Source: an uncultured Bacilli bacterium (GTDB lineage Bacteria; Bacillota_I; Bacilli_A; RF39; UBA660). Taken from it: DNA of 64,000 nucleotides. Positions 1 to 10,379 of the stretch are shown here, piece by piece. The first letter of the stretch is position 1. The number at the start of each line of letters is the position of its first letter. A program made the position numbers and the translations under genes. The notes under the pieces are model-generated. The model was not told where the DNA came from. It saw nothing but the letters and a program-made list of their open reading frames with translations, and ran no database searches. The stretch lies in contig CALVIZ010000002.1 in NCBI GenBank assembly GCA_944331865.1, positions 12,227 through 76,226 on the forward strand. Reading direction: 5' to 3'.

Positions 1-911
1 TTTTTGCACCAATATTTTCTATATTCTTCACCTTTTTTTGAAAAATATGATAAAGCATTTGCTGTTGCCCCAACCATAAAACCATCTAAATCTAATTCTT
101 CATTATATACTTGTTGTTCAGCATCTTCAAATGAAATTCCTGCTTCAAATTTTTTCATCATTGAAATAGTTGCTTTTACTACATATACAGAACATCCATC
201 ATTAGTATTATTATCTACAAACTGCAACCATTCTTCTGCTGTTTCAGGTTTAACAAGGACTAATCCTTCCTTCATAAGTGTATATTTTGCTTTTTTAGCT
301 TCAATGTCACTTTTTTCTTTATGTTCTTCCCCTTCTCTATCTAATTTTTCTTTTCCTACATCCATTCCTTCTTGTTTTGATATCATTATTTCTTCTTCTT
401 CTCTTAATTCAGCAGTTTCTTCTATCTTAGATCCATACCACCAACCAGTATATGAAACATTTTCACCATTATGTTCATCTAACTTATTAAACATTTTTTT
501 TGCTTGTAAATCTTTGTCTTCTTGCATTTGTGCAATAACTTCATCAATTGTCAAATCCCCATTTCCCATAGGTAAAAACGAGCCAACCTGTGTATGACAA
601 ACATATTTATAATCATGTTTTTCCATAAATCTAATCAGCATTCTAATATAAAGATTATTTCTATATAATTTTTTTAATTCTTCTAAAGATAATCTTCTAC
701 CAAAATAAATCCAGTTAGAGTAATTTGACTTTTTACCACCATAAACTTTATTCCCATCTACAATAAATTCTTTGTCATAAAAGCGAAATCCAGTTATAGA
801 TTTGTCATTTGCAATTTTCATTGGATCTCTTTCTGCCACTTCAGTAATTGTAGTTTCAACAATTAAACCTTTGTAATTTTTTTCAACATAACTTATTGTT
901 ATTTTTTTCAT
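1..911 (-). CDS. Hypothetical protein, 3' end truncated by the window edge. N-terminus is MKKITISYVEKNYKGL.
   Basis: An ATG at 909-911 on the minus strand is preceded by the RBS AAGGGGAAATT. The frame stays open to position 1 and codon usage is consistent. No recognisable family motif. Confidence 0.5.
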   Translation of the reverse strand, partial: MKKITISYVEKNYKGLIVETTITEVAERDPMKIANDKSITGFRFYDKEFIVDGNKVYGGKKSNYSNWIYFGRRLSLEELKKLYRNNLYIRMLIRFMEKHDYKYVCHTQVGSFLPMGNGDLTIDEVIAQMQEDKDLQAKKMFNKLDEHNGENVSYTGWWYGSKIEETAELREEEEIMISKQEGMDVGKEKLDREGEEHKEKSDIEAKKAKYTLMKEGLVLVKPETAEEWLQFVDNNTNDGCSVYVVKATISMMKKFEAGISFEDAEQQVYNEELDLDGFMVGATANALSYFSKKGEEYRKYWCK

Positions 912-1099
912 ATAATTTCCCCTTTACAAAATTTATTTTGTATTTTAGCATATATAATATAAATTGTCAAATTTAACAAATTTAACAAATTTTGTTAATA
1001 TTACACAAATACTAAAATTTAGATTTAAAAATACTTAATTACTTTATTTAACAAAAATAGAATATTTTTATAAACAACGAAAAAGTTTAAATTAAAATA

Positions 1100-1879
1100 T
1101 CATATATAATTTAAAAATTTATTATTTAATTTTTTAATAAAATCATAATTACTTTGCCTTAATATTTTTATATATTCATTACTTATAAAAGTTTTTACTT
1201 TTATAACATCTTTTATATATTTATTTTTACCATCAATAGTAATAATTATATCAGAATCATTAGGTTCAATTATTACAAATTTATCACTTGGTATAATTAA
1301 TGAATTATTTAATGATATATATTTGTTGTTGTTAATTGTGCCAAGTGGAGTTATTTGTAAAGAACGAATCGTATCATACATTATTGCTCCTCCTAGGCTT
1401 TTGTTGTAACCAGTTGAACCAAAAGGTGTAGCTATTATTAATCCATCCCCTACATAATCTTCTAAAAATGCATTGTTTATACAGACTTTCCCTTTAAAAA
1501 CTTTATAATTTTTGTATCTTATTACTATTTCATTTAAAGAATAAATATTAATTATTCCTTTTTTAGTATATACTATTGTTTTTTGTAAATATATTTTTTG
1601 GGTTTTTAACTTATTTTCTTTTAATTCTTTAATAAAATTATTTATATCTTTTATTGATACATCTTGGTAATAACCTAATGTACCTGTATTTATTCCAATA
1701 TAATTATACTTGGTATTATACTTGTTTTTTCTAACACAATTTAAAAATGTTCCATCGCCACCGATTGCTATTTTTAAATTTTTTAATTTTATTTTTTCCT
1801 TTATAAGTTTTTTTTCTAATAAATTTTTAACTTTTAAGGATTTGACATAATTATTTGTATAAATATTCATTTTTATCAA
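1100..1879 (-). CDS. nadK: NAD kinase
   Basis: GGDGT motif (IAIGGDGTFLNCVRK). Size is ~259 aa. The downstream ATGA overlap with the preceding gene suggests an operon. Confidence 0.88.
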   Translation of the reverse strand: MIKMNIYTNNYVKSLKVKNLLEKKLIKEKIKLKNLKIAIGGDGTFLNCVRKNKYNTKYNYIGINTGTLGYYQDVSIKDINNFIKELKENKLKTQKIYLQKTIVYTKKGIINIYSLNEIVIRYKNYKVFKGKVCINNAFLEDYVGDGLIIATPFGSTGYNKSLGGAIMYDTIRSLQITPLGTINNNKYISLNNSLIIPSDKFVIIEPNDSDIIITIDGKNKYIKDVIKVKTFISNEYIKILRQSNYDFIKKLNNKFLNYI

Positions 1880-3894
1880 CTCTTTTCTATAACTATTAAT
1901 AATGTTGAATTTGGCAAACTACATACTTTTAGATTTTCATCATATAAAGCTATTTTTGATAATAAATTTACATTATAACCATTTTGTAAATATTCTTTTT
2001 TAGCTATAATCTTACTATTAGGTAATATTTGTTTTATAAATTCTATATATTCTTTTAATGTAAAATAAGCAAATTGTTCTTGTACTTCCATTGGATATGC
2101 TTCTTCTCCCCATGTGTAAGTGTATAAAAATTCTAATGCATCATTTACTAACATTCTTACCATTTTGTCATTTACTTTTATATAATCTATTTTTCTTCCC
2201 TTAAAATCTTTACAAAATCTATTTAGTATTTCTATATCACTTTTATTATAAAATTCAATAATACGATATTCATCTTTATTTTCACTCATTACACCATCAC
2301 GAATGATAATACGACCATTAGGCTTTAAAACATCATAAGCATTTTTTAATACTACAGCTATAGTTTCCTTATTAAATTTATGATTATTAAAATTTACATA
2401 AGAGTATAACTCATGGATAATCGCTGAAAAAATTACGGTATCTTGACTATTTTTAGGTATGTATTTTAATAAATTAAGAGCATCACCTTCAATTATATCC
2501 CAATTGTGATTTTCTTTCTTTTTTAATATCTTTAATTTTTCTACTACATTTTTTGATATATCTAATCCCTTTATCTTTAAAAAGTTATCACTTTCTTCTA
2601 ACATATTTAATATGACTCCACCACCAGGTCCTATTTCTAAAATGTTTTCTTTTACTATATAATCTAATATAATTTTTTTATCATTTTTAGAATTATTCAT
2701 TTGCTTTAAATAATTTACTTCTTCATAAAATCGATCATATTGATCTTTACGAAAGCCAAATAAATCATATAACATATAAATTGCTTTTTGATATAAACTA
2801 TCATTGATTGTTGCAACTTCACAAAATTCTATTAGTTTTTTGATTTGTATGGAATAATTAAAATTAAATATTAGGTTTTGTTTTGTATGCTTAATATTAA
2901 ATTTTATATGTGGTGATGTTTTTAAATTATTAGTTGAAATATCTTTTAATGTTAACATATTTAGGTAGTATTCTATTATTCTTGTTTTATATAGATTTAA
3001 TTCTTTGTGGAAATTATAATTAAAATATATTTCTTTCATTAGTTGTTCAAATGTAACATTAATTGTTGTATCTTGCAAATTATTTTCTATATATAATAAT
3101 ATTTTAATTTGTTGTTCTATGGAAAAAATACACATTACGGCATCATAATACCATAGTTCTACTTTACTAAATAAATTAGCTAGTTTCCTTTTAATATTTG
3201 TATCTAACTTTTCTAAATATTTTATTTCTTCTTTACTTAATTTTTTATTTAATTTTTCTAATTTAATAATATAATCTTCAGTATTAGTAAATTTATTATT
3301 TATTATTAAATCAATTACTTTAATAATTTCATTTTCTATTTTTGTATATAATTTTAAAGATACACCCTTAATTATACATTCATTTAAAATTATTAATACT
3401 TTTCTTAATTTAGTTTTAGATATTAATTTATTTTTTATAAGTAAATATAATTCATAATTTTTATCTAAATTGATTTCACCTTTTATATATTGACCAACTA
3501 AACCATGAGTTTTAATTAAAGTTGCTATAATAGTATCATTATTACTTTCTAAATAAATTTGTGATGAGCCAATATTGTGGGCATATAAATCATAACCTTT
3601 TTTCTCCCAACTCAAGCGATCTTTTTTTCTTCCACACTTTGCTACTTCACTCCATTTTAATGTTTCTTCTACTAAATATAATATATCTTTAGATAACTTT
3701 TGCTCTTTATTTATTTCATCTAGAATTTTTAAAGTTTTTAAACAATAATTTAATACAGAATGATTAGTTATTTCTTTTATTGAAGTAACATTTAAATAAT
3801 TATAATTTTTTTCCTTAGTTTTATATAAATATGTTAACCATAATTCATTAGAATACATCTTAGGATTATTTAGACATTTAAGAGATTTTAACAT
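1876..3894 (-). CDS. 672-aa protein with a C-terminal class I SAM-dependent methyltransferase domain. The large N-terminal region is uncharacterised.
   Basis: SAM-binding motif I (ILEIGPGGGVILNMLEE). Translationally coupled between nadD and nadK. Confidence 0.5.
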   Translation of the reverse strand: MLKSLKCLNNPKMYSNELWLTYLYKTKEKNYNYLNVTSIKEITNHSVLNYCLKTLKILDEINKEQKLSKDILYLVEETLKWSEVAKCGRKKDRLSWEKKGYDLYAHNIGSSQIYLESNNDTIIATLIKTHGLVGQYIKGEINLDKNYELYLLIKNKLISKTKLRKVLIILNECIIKGVSLKLYTKIENEIIKVIDLIINNKFTNTEDYIIKLEKLNKKLSKEEIKYLEKLDTNIKRKLANLFSKVELWYYDAVMCIFSIEQQIKILLYIENNLQDTTINVTFEQLMKEIYFNYNFHKELNLYKTRIIEYYLNMLTLKDISTNNLKTSPHIKFNIKHTKQNLIFNFNYSIQIKKLIEFCEVATINDSLYQKAIYMLYDLFGFRKDQYDRFYEEVNYLKQMNNSKNDKKIILDYIVKENILEIGPGGGVILNMLEESDNFLKIKGLDISKNVVEKLKILKKKENHNWDIIEGDALNLLKYIPKNSQDTVIFSAIIHELYSYVNFNNHKFNKETIAVVLKNAYDVLKPNGRIIIRDGVMSENKDEYRIIEFYNKSDIEILNRFCKDFKGRKIDYIKVNDKMVRMLVNDALEFLYTYTWGEEAYPMEVQEQFAYFTLKEYIEFIKQILPNSKIIAKKEYLQNGYNVNLLSKIALYDENLKVCSLPNSTLLIVIEKS

Positions 3895-4463
3895 TAATTT
3901 AACCTATATAAATTATTTTCTATTATATAATCATATACTTTTTTATCTAAATATATTTTAACTTTTCCTAATTTATTTTGATTAATATAATTTCTTATTT
4001 TGCTTGAAGAAATCGAATTTCGAAAACTTACAATATGATAATTATTTTTCTTATTTAACTTTATTAAATATTTTTTTACTTTAATATTTTTTCTTTGCAT
4101 AATTATTAAATTATATTTTAATAGTTCTTCATATTTATACCAATCGGAAAAATTAATGATATTATCAGCACCTATTATTAATGAAAATGTGGCTTGGGGA
4201 TATATTTTTTCTAATTCTTTTAAAACATCATATGTCCTACTTAAGCTATATAAGTCTGCATTTAAAATTATTTTATCGGTTGTTATTAATTTAAGCATAT
4301 CAATTCTCTCAAAAATTGTTGCTTCACTTTTTTTATCCCAATACTTTTCTGTTGGAATTATTATTATCTTATCAACATAGCCTTTTTTTATTAATTTTTT
4401 ACATATTTTGATATGAGCTTTGTGTACTGGATTAAATGTACCATTATAAATTCCTATTCGCAT
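3894..4463 (-). CDS. nadD: Nicotinate-nucleotide adenylyltransferase
   Basis: N-terminal MRIGIYNGTFNPVHKAHI matches the (H/T)xGH nucleotidyltransferase signature of NadD. Size 189 aa. Confidence 0.88.
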   Translation of the reverse strand: MRIGIYNGTFNPVHKAHIKICKKLIKKGYVDKIIIIPTEKYWDKKSEATIFERIDMLKLITTDKIILNADLYSLSRTYDVLKELEKIYPQATFSLIIGADNIINFSDWYKYEELLKYNLIIMQRKNIKVKKYLIKLNKKNNYHIVSFRNSISSSKIRNYINQNKLGKVKIYLDKKVYDYIIENNLYRLN

Positions 4464-5200
4464 TTTTTGGTATATGTTGGAATTTTAAATTTATGAGCAT
4501 TATTTTGATGGTACTTTTCTATTAATTCAGCACTTTTTTTACTTATAGGCAAATTGTTTAAATAATCATCTATTTCTTGATAAGTTATTTGTAATTTTTC
4601 TTCATCAGATAATCCACTTAAGCCATCACTTGGAGTTTTATATAATACTTTTTTTGGTACTTTTAGTACTTCTCCTAGTTTGATTACTTCACTCACGGTT
4701 AAATTAGCTAAAACTTCAATGTCTCTTACTGAATCACCACCCTTAGTAAAATAACCAACATATGATTCTGATTTATTAGCAGTTCCTGCAACTATAAATG
4801 GTTTGTTATATAATTTTGTATACATCGCTGCACTATAATACATCGCTGCCATTCTTAATCTAGGCTTTAAATTAATATCACTATCTCCTAAAAACTTTTC
4901 ATCTACTAAAAAGTTTTTCTTAAATTCATCATAAGTTTTTGTTAAATCAATTTTAACAAGTTGAAATCCATAAAAATCACTAATTAGTTTGGCATCTAAT
5001 TCATCTTCTTCTTTTGAATGAATTGGTAGAGCTAAACCTATTACATTTTCTTTTCCTAAAGCTTTAACAAATAACGCTGCAACGACAGCACTATCTTTTC
5101 CCCCACTAATTCCTAATACTGCACCTTTTAAATTGTTCTTTTCATAATAATCTTGAATAAACTTTACAATGTTAGTAACTTCTTTTTTGGCATTAAACAT
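4454..5200 (-). CDS. nadE: NH3-dependent NAD+ synthetase
   Basis: PP-loop SGGxDS (LGISGGKDSAVVAAL). The start was trimmed to the ATG at 5198-5200, which is preceded by the RBS GGAGGAG. The ORF-track start at 5305 lacks an RBS. Confidence 0.85.
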   Translation of the reverse strand: MFNAKKEVTNIVKFIQDYYEKNNLKGAVLGISGGKDSAVVAALFVKALGKENVIGLALPIHSKEEDELDAKLISDFYGFQLVKIDLTKTYDEFKKNFLVDEKFLGDSDINLKPRLRMAAMYYSAAMYTKLYNKPFIVAGTANKSESYVGYFTKGGDSVRDIEVLANLTVSEVIKLGEVLKVPKKVLYKTPSDGLSGLSDEEKLQITYQEIDDYLNNLPISKKSAELIEKYHQNNAHKFKIPTYTKKCE

Positions 5201-5215
5201 TTTCTCTCCTCCTTT

Positions 5216-5281
5216 TTTTGTTATTAACATTTTATTAATAACAATGTTTAATAAAAAACAATTAATTGTTATTAACATTAT
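5216..5281 (-). promoter_or_regulatory. Putative operator in the nadE promoter region: three copies of TGTTATTAA(C/T)A, two direct and one inverted.
   Basis: tgttattaacat at 5219-5231 and again at 5267-5279, plus the inverted copy attaataacaa at 5233-5245. Located between recO and the nadE start. Confidence 0.3.
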
Positions 5282-5294
5282 ATTAAAAACAAAA

Positions 5295-6023
5295 TTATTT
5301 GTCAATACTTTTTAAAAAATTTTTGCTATTTAAATATAAACCTGTGTATTTTTCATAATAAATGTCTAAAAATGTATTTATTGTTTTTTTTATAAAATCA
5401 TCTACTTTGATGTCTTTGATGCTTTTTATATCTATGTAATAATACATTCTTAACATCTTTATTACTTTGGGGTCTACTAATACTTCGTTTGTTAAACATT
5501 TTTTACATACGAATCCTCCAGCATCTGCATTAATCGTGGCTATATCTTTTTTGCTTTTGCAAAAAACACATTCATCTAAATTAAATAATACCCCTAATTT
5601 ATCTAAATATTTGATTTCTAATATGTTGGTTAGTACTAAAGGATCTAGACCTTCTTCTATTTTTAATACTGCTGTAATAAAATTATCATAAATGTCTTTA
5701 GATTCACTTTGCTTGTATACTTGATAGGTTAATTCCGTTATGTAACTTAAATAACTAATTAAAAAAATATCACTGCGGATATTTTTTAAAGGATTTATTA
5801 TATCAGCACTTACTAAAGTAGATAGTTTGTCTTTCTTATAATATATGTTAAATTTGGCATAACTAAGTCGCATTGTTGCCACTCGGTTTTTGCTTTTTAA
5901 AGATGCTGCACCTTTAGCAATTATCCCTATTGTGCCATAATTCTTAGTTAATATATTTATTATTTTACTACTTTCTTTATATGGCATTTCTGTAAGTATA
6001 AAACCATCTACTTCTTCTAACAC
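5295..6023 (-). CDS. recO: DNA repair protein RecO
   Basis: C-terminal Cys4 zinc motif (CVFCKSK...CKKC). About 242 aa. Lies immediately downstream of era, as in Bacillus. Confidence 0.8.
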   Translation of the reverse strand: MLEEVDGFILTEMPYKESSKIINILTKNYGTIGIIAKGAASLKSKNRVATMRLSYAKFNIYYKKDKLSTLVSADIINPLKNIRSDIFLISYLSYITELTYQVYKQSESKDIYDNFITAVLKIEEGLDPLVLTNILEIKYLDKLGVLFNLDECVFCKSKKDIATINADAGGFVCKKCLTNEVLVDPKVIKMLRMYYYIDIKSIKDIKVDDFIKKTINTFLDIYYEKYTGLYLNSKNFLKSIDK

Positions 6024-6151
6024 ATTATCCCTTCTTAATTTTTGTATATTCTAAATAATCTTCTACTTTTCCACTTTTTGCAAATTTTTTCCATGCTTCC
6101 TTTTTATTCAAATTTATCACCTAATTATATATTGAGTGATTTTTTGAAAAT

Positions 6152-7042
6152 TTATTCATTATCTATAAATCCTAGTTCAATTAAATATTTTTCTTTTTCT
6201 TTCCAGTTCTTTATTACTTTTACATATACTTCTAAATATACTTTTTTTCCTACTAACTCTTCTATATCTCTTCTTGCTAATGTACCTACTTGTTTTAACA
6301 TGCTTCCATTTTTTCCTATTACTATCTTTTTTAATGACTCACGATCTACAATTATGTCTACTACTATGTTGGTTATGTCTTTCTTTTCTTCAAATAATGT
6401 CGTATAACAAGTGATGCTGTGAGGTACTTCATCTTCTGTTAACATTAAAAGCTTTTCTCTTACTATCTCACTTACCATAAATTTTAAACTACTACTGGTG
6501 TAATAATCTGTAGGAAAATATTGAACATCATCATGTAAATACTTTTTAGTTACTTCTATTAATCTTTTTATATTGTCAAATTTTAATGCTGATGTCGGTA
6601 CTATTTCTACAAATGGATAGATGTTTTTGTATCTGTCTATCGTTTCTAAAATTGTTGCATCTGTTACTTCATCTATTTTGTTAATTACTAATATTACTGG
6701 TATATCTAAGCCTTTAAGAGTATTTAATATGTATAAATCTCCTTTTCCTATCCCAGATGCTATGTCAACAACAAATAATATGACATCTACATCTTTGGTC
6801 ATAGAATATGCTTCTTTATTTAAATATTTACCTAATTTATTCTGAGGCTTGTGTATTCCTGGGGTATCAACAAATACCATTTGATAACCATCTTCATTAT
6901 ATATTCCTTGAATTATATTTCTCGTTGTTCCAGAAATGTTGCTTGTTATTGCTACCTTGCGATTAATTATGGCATTTAATAAAGTGCTCTTACCAACATT
7001 GGGTCTACCAATTATACTTACAAAACCACTTTTCATATTCAC
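6152..7042 (-). CDS. era: GTPase Era
   Basis: G1 GRPNVGKST and G3 DTPG motifs, C-terminal KH domain, 296 aa. Synteny ybeY-dgkA-era-recO. Confidence 0.92.
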   Translation of the reverse strand: MNMKSGFVSIIGRPNVGKSTLLNAIINRKVAITSNISGTTRNIIQGIYNEDGYQMVFVDTPGIHKPQNKLGKYLNKEAYSMTKDVDVILFVVDIASGIGKGDLYILNTLKGLDIPVILVINKIDEVTDATILETIDRYKNIYPFVEIVPTSALKFDNIKRLIEVTKKYLHDDVQYFPTDYYTSSSLKFMVSEIVREKLLMLTEDEVPHSITCYTTLFEEKKDITNIVVDIIVDRESLKKIVIGKNGSMLKQVGTLARRDIEELVGKKVYLEVYVKVIKNWKEKEKYLIELGFIDNE

Positions 7043-7405
7043 CTAAAACAATGCTATGATGTAAGGTATAAATATAAATGCACAAATTACTCCTGCCATT
7101 ATGCCACTAACAAATGCTGCTGCAGAGCCACAATCTTTAGCAATTTTTGCTAAAGGATGGATTTCACTAGTTACTAAATCAACTACGGCTTCAATTGCTG
7201 TGTTTAAAAGTTCTATCGCAAGTACTACTACAAAGGCTACTACTATTATTGCCCATTGAATAAATGTTATATCAAATATAAATCCCATTATTATTGCAAA
7301 TAATGAACCAGCCCCGTGTAACCATAAACTTTGTTCATTTCCATAGGCATATGCTAATCCTTCAATAGAATATTTAACACTGTTTAAAAATCTTTTAAAA
7401 CTCAT
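7043..7405 (-). CDS. dgkA: Diacylglycerol kinase / undecaprenol kinase (DgkA family)
   Basis: ~120-aa integral membrane protein with a DgkA-like sequence. Lies between ybeY and era as in B. subtilis. The start was trimmed to the internal Met (MSFKRF) to avoid a 44-nt overlap with ybeY. Confidence 0.7.
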   Translation of the reverse strand: MSFKRFLNSVKYSIEGLAYAYGNEQSLWLHGAGSLFAIIMGFIFDITFIQWAIIVVAFVVVLAIELLNTAIEAVVDLVTSEIHPLAKIAKDCGSAAAFVSGIMAGVICAFIFIPYIIALF

Positions 7406-7859
7406 TTGTTTGTGCTTTTTTTGTTTCTTTAAACTCATCTAATACCAACTCCTGCTTACTAAACATAATCTTTTCTTCTTCTTTTCCTTTAGTATGATCA
7501 TATCCTAATAAATGCAATAATCCATGAACTACTAAAAATGCTAATTCTCTTTTCTCACTATGCTGATAGTCTTTTGCTTGCTTAATCATTTGGGGAATAG
7601 ATATGTATATCTCCCCAAGTTGCCTTATATTATAACAAATTTTGTTGTTATCTTCAAATGCAAATGATAATACATCTGTCGTTTTATCTATTCCACGATA
7701 TTTTTTGTTTAATTCATGCATTAAGTCATCATCTATTAATACTATACTTAAATTGGCTGATTTAACTTTTTCAAGTTTTAATGTCCTTTTTATTATTTTG
7801 TCTAAATAACTACAATCTTTGCCATAACCATATTCATCTACTATTTTAAAATCTTTCAT
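7395..7859 (-). CDS. ybeY: Endoribonuclease YbeY (rRNA maturation factor)
   Basis: Conserved zinc-binding motif HGLLHLLGYDH. 154 aa. Confidence 0.88.
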   Translation of the reverse strand: MKDFKIVDEYGYGKDCSYLDKIIKRTLKLEKVKSANLSIVLIDDDLMHELNKKYRGIDKTTDVLSFAFEDNNKICYNIRQLGEIYISIPQMIKQAKDYQHSEKRELAFLVVHGLLHLLGYDHTKGKEEEKIMFSKQELVLDEFKETKKAQTNEF

Positions 7860-8476
7860 TAAAAACTATATACTCCCATCACACCCAATATATATATTAT
7901 CATAATTATTATAATTATTAAACAAATTATGTTGAATATGCCTTCATTTTTTATAACCCCCGGCAAATGCTTATAAATTGCACTACCACCAACATATAAT
8001 AAATATCCAAGTAACCCACCAAGAACATTAAGTATTATGTCATCAACATCAAAACTTCTTCCTATATTTAGTTGCACAAATTCAACTGTGGCACTTATTA
8101 ATAAAGATATTATAAATGGTGCTAAACAATTTTTGGGTTTTATATAACATGATACTATTAAACCAAATATTAAAAATGCTAGTATGTTTCCTCCGACATT
8201 GTAGATAAATAACCTACTACCAAATTCATATCGCATAATTTCTTGAAATGGTATTATGTTAAAACCACTCCCGGAATTCATTTCTACTTTCGTTAAAAGT
8301 TGAAATAGTAAAAATATGTAACATATTGATAACAGCATTAAAAATTCTTTGTAAAAAATTATTTTGTTGCGATGGTTTCTAAAATAAAAGAATCTAACTA
8401 AAATCATTGTAATTATAAATATTATTAATATCGGCCAGTTATCTTCTAATATTGATTTAATAGTATTTAGAAACAT
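7859..8476 (-). CDS. VanZ-like integral membrane protein
   Basis: Multi-pass membrane protein. The C-terminal motif RSFDVDDIILNVLGGLLGY resembles the VanZ family. Confidence 0.4.
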   Translation of the reverse strand: MFLNTIKSILEDNWPILIIFIITMILVRFFYFRNHRNKIIFYKEFLMLLSICYIFLLFQLLTKVEMNSGSGFNIIPFQEIMRYEFGSRLFIYNVGGNILAFLIFGLIVSCYIKPKNCLAPFIISLLISATVEFVQLNIGRSFDVDDIILNVLGGLLGYLLYVGGSAIYKHLPGVIKNEGIFNIICLIIIIIMIIYILGVMGVYSF

Positions 8477-8478
8477 TT

Positions 8479-9630
8479 TTAATCAATCCCTTCATCTTGT
8501 TCTATAATAATTTCTTTTTGAGTACTTATTAACTCTTTTACTATTATAAATACTTCTATATCCATTGTACTATCATTTACTACTTTTTTCAAAACTTTTT
8601 TATCAATTATTTCATCTTTATCACTTAAATTAATTTTTATGTTTTCTATTGCTTTATTTATTCCCATTTCTAAAGCCTCTTCTTCTGTGTATGTTTTTGT
8701 TACTTTTTCAGTTTCCATTTCTGTTTCTAAGTATAAATTAAAATCAAATACTTTTAAAATATTTTTTAAATAACTATTATAATTTGTAAATCTTTCTCTT
8801 AATAATAAATGCTTATTACCATTATTTTCCCATATAATATTGTATTTTTTCTTGCCCGTTTCTATATATTCATTATAATTAAAAGGTATCTTGACATTAA
8901 CTGTATACCAAGTAGTAGCATATATCTCTCCACTAGCACATGTTAATCTTTTTTCTTCTTCATTATATTTAACTATCCCCGTAACTAATGTATCTCCTTC
9001 TTTTACATAATCATTTATATTTACTAATATTTCACCATTTTCTATTAATATGTCATTTATTATCCCCGATTTTACTGCAACTATATCACATACTTTATCA
9101 TCCTTGGTTGTATCAGTTATAATTCTTTCTTCTATCCTAACATTTATTATTAATCCATCTATTTCAAATTCCATCCAATCTAATTTATCTGGATATTTAT
9201 CTAATATTTCTTGCTTTATTTTATCTAATTCTTTATAACTTTTCTTAAAACTTAAAACTTTTATACCATATTCGTCTAATTCTTCTTTTATTAGTTCTCT
9301 TATCTCTTTATTTTCATGAATAATATTTATTTTAAATATCATATTACTCATTATTATAAATAATATAATTCCTATTAATAAACTTGTTAAGTATATATAA
9401 TTTTTTTTAATTTTATTTATTATGTTATATATTCCTAATTCTTTTACTACCTTAAATTTATAACTTACTAAATACTTATTTAGTTTTTCTAAATATTTTG
9501 CTTCAATCTTTAAATATATGTTTTTGTTTTCATACTTTATTTCTATAATATTTATTCTTAAATATTGTAGCTTATTTATAAATTTGTAATAATCATCACA
9601 CTTGCTTTTTACCCAAATAATTTTATTCAT
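8479..9630 (-). CDS. yqfD: Sporulation protein YqfD-like
   Basis: 383 aa with a single TM after an N-terminal domain. Follows a YabP/YqfC-like gene and precedes ybeY-dgkA-era, which is conserved Bacillus synteny. Confidence 0.5.
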   Translation of the reverse strand: MNKIIWVKSKCDDYYKFINKLQYLRINIIEIKYENKNIYLKIEAKYLEKLNKYLVSYKFKVVKELGIYNIINKIKKNYIYLTSLLIGIILFIIMSNMIFKINIIHENKEIRELIKEELDEYGIKVLSFKKSYKELDKIKQEILDKYPDKLDWMEFEIDGLIINVRIEERIITDTTKDDKVCDIVAVKSGIINDILIENGEILVNINDYVKEGDTLVTGIVKYNEEEKRLTCASGEIYATTWYTVNVKIPFNYNEYIETGKKKYNIIWENNGNKHLLLRERFTNYNSYLKNILKVFDFNLYLETEMETEKVTKTYTEEEALEMGINKAIENIKINLSDKDEIIDKKVLKKVVNDSTMDIEVFIIVKELISTQKEIIIEQDEGID

Positions 9631-9877
9631 AATTAAAACCTACTTTGCTTATTTGTCCTTTGATTAATGCTTCATTTGAACACATTTTATTAATAAATAA
9701 GTTTTGGCCATCAATAACTAAATTGAACTTTTCAAATTTTAATTCTATTTTTTTGCTTGATAAACTAATTAATTCAGTATAATTAAATACATGTATGTAG
9801 TCTTCATATATGTTGATAAAATATGATTTGTCATATAAAAAATTAATAAGGTTATCTTTCATATGCATGATTATCAC
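9623..9877 (-). CDS. yqfC: YabP/YqfC family sporulation protein
   Basis: 84 aa. The segment ELKFEKFNLVIDGQNLFINKM resembles YabP. Position fits yqeY - yqfC - yqfD. Confidence 0.5.
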   Translation of the reverse strand: MIIMHMKDNLINFLYDKSYFINIYEDYIHVFNYTELISLSSKKIELKFEKFNLVIDGQNLFINKMCSNEALIKGQISKVGFNYE

Positions 9878-9911
9878 CTTATTAATTATATGTTTTGTTT
9901 TTAATTTTAAT

Positions 9912-9936
9912 TTAAAAGGAGAACCTTTTGTTCTCC
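9912..9936 (-). terminator. Rho-independent terminator after yqeY
   Basis: Stem AAGGAGAAC / GTTCTCCTT followed by a T-run on the minus strand. Confidence 0.6.
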
Positions 9937-10377
9937 TTAACTTAATTTTTCTTTTACTAAACTACTAACTAATGACATATCAGCATTTTTAGATGCAAGA
10001 ACTTCATTTAAACGCTTCATAACTTTGCCCATTTCTTTAATACCTTCAGGCTTAATTTCACATATTACTTCCGCTACTATTTTTTCTATGTCTTCTTTAC
10101 TCATTTCTTCTGGTAAATAACTAGCTAAAATATTTATTTCTTGCTCTAAATCTTTTACAGAATCCATTTTATTATATTTTTCATATTCTAAAATTGAATC
10201 TTTTCTTAATTTTACTTGTTTTTTTATTACGCTAGATATCTCACTATCTTCTAGTTCATGCTTTTTAGATATTTGTTCTAATTGTAATGCACTTTTTAAC
10301 ATTCTTAGTACGGAAAGTTTAAAAGTATCATGCTCTTTCATAGCTGCTTTTAAATCATTATTAATTTTTTCTAACAT
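9937..10377 (-). CDS. yqeY: GatB/YqeY domain protein
   Basis: N-terminus MLEKINNDLKAAMKEHD...LSVLRMLKSA is typical of YqeY. 146 aa. Immediately downstream of rpsU. Confidence 0.85.
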   Translation of the reverse strand: MLEKINNDLKAAMKEHDTFKLSVLRMLKSALQLEQISKKHELEDSEISSVIKKQVKLRKDSILEYEKYNKMDSVKDLEQEINILASYLPEEMSKEDIEKIVAEVICEIKPEGIKEMGKVMKRLNEVLASKNADMSLVSSLVKEKLS

Positions 10378-10379
10378 TA

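Noticed and set aside
4-597. 197-aa plus-strand ORF at the window start
   Set aside because: Low-complexity Ser-rich translation with no RBS. It is antisense to a better-supported minus-strand gene (1-911) that has a clear RBS and start.
912-1099. Tandem aatttaaca repeats downstream of nadK
   Set aside because: Short AT-rich direct repeats are common in this genome. There is no hairpin or adjacent start to give them a function.
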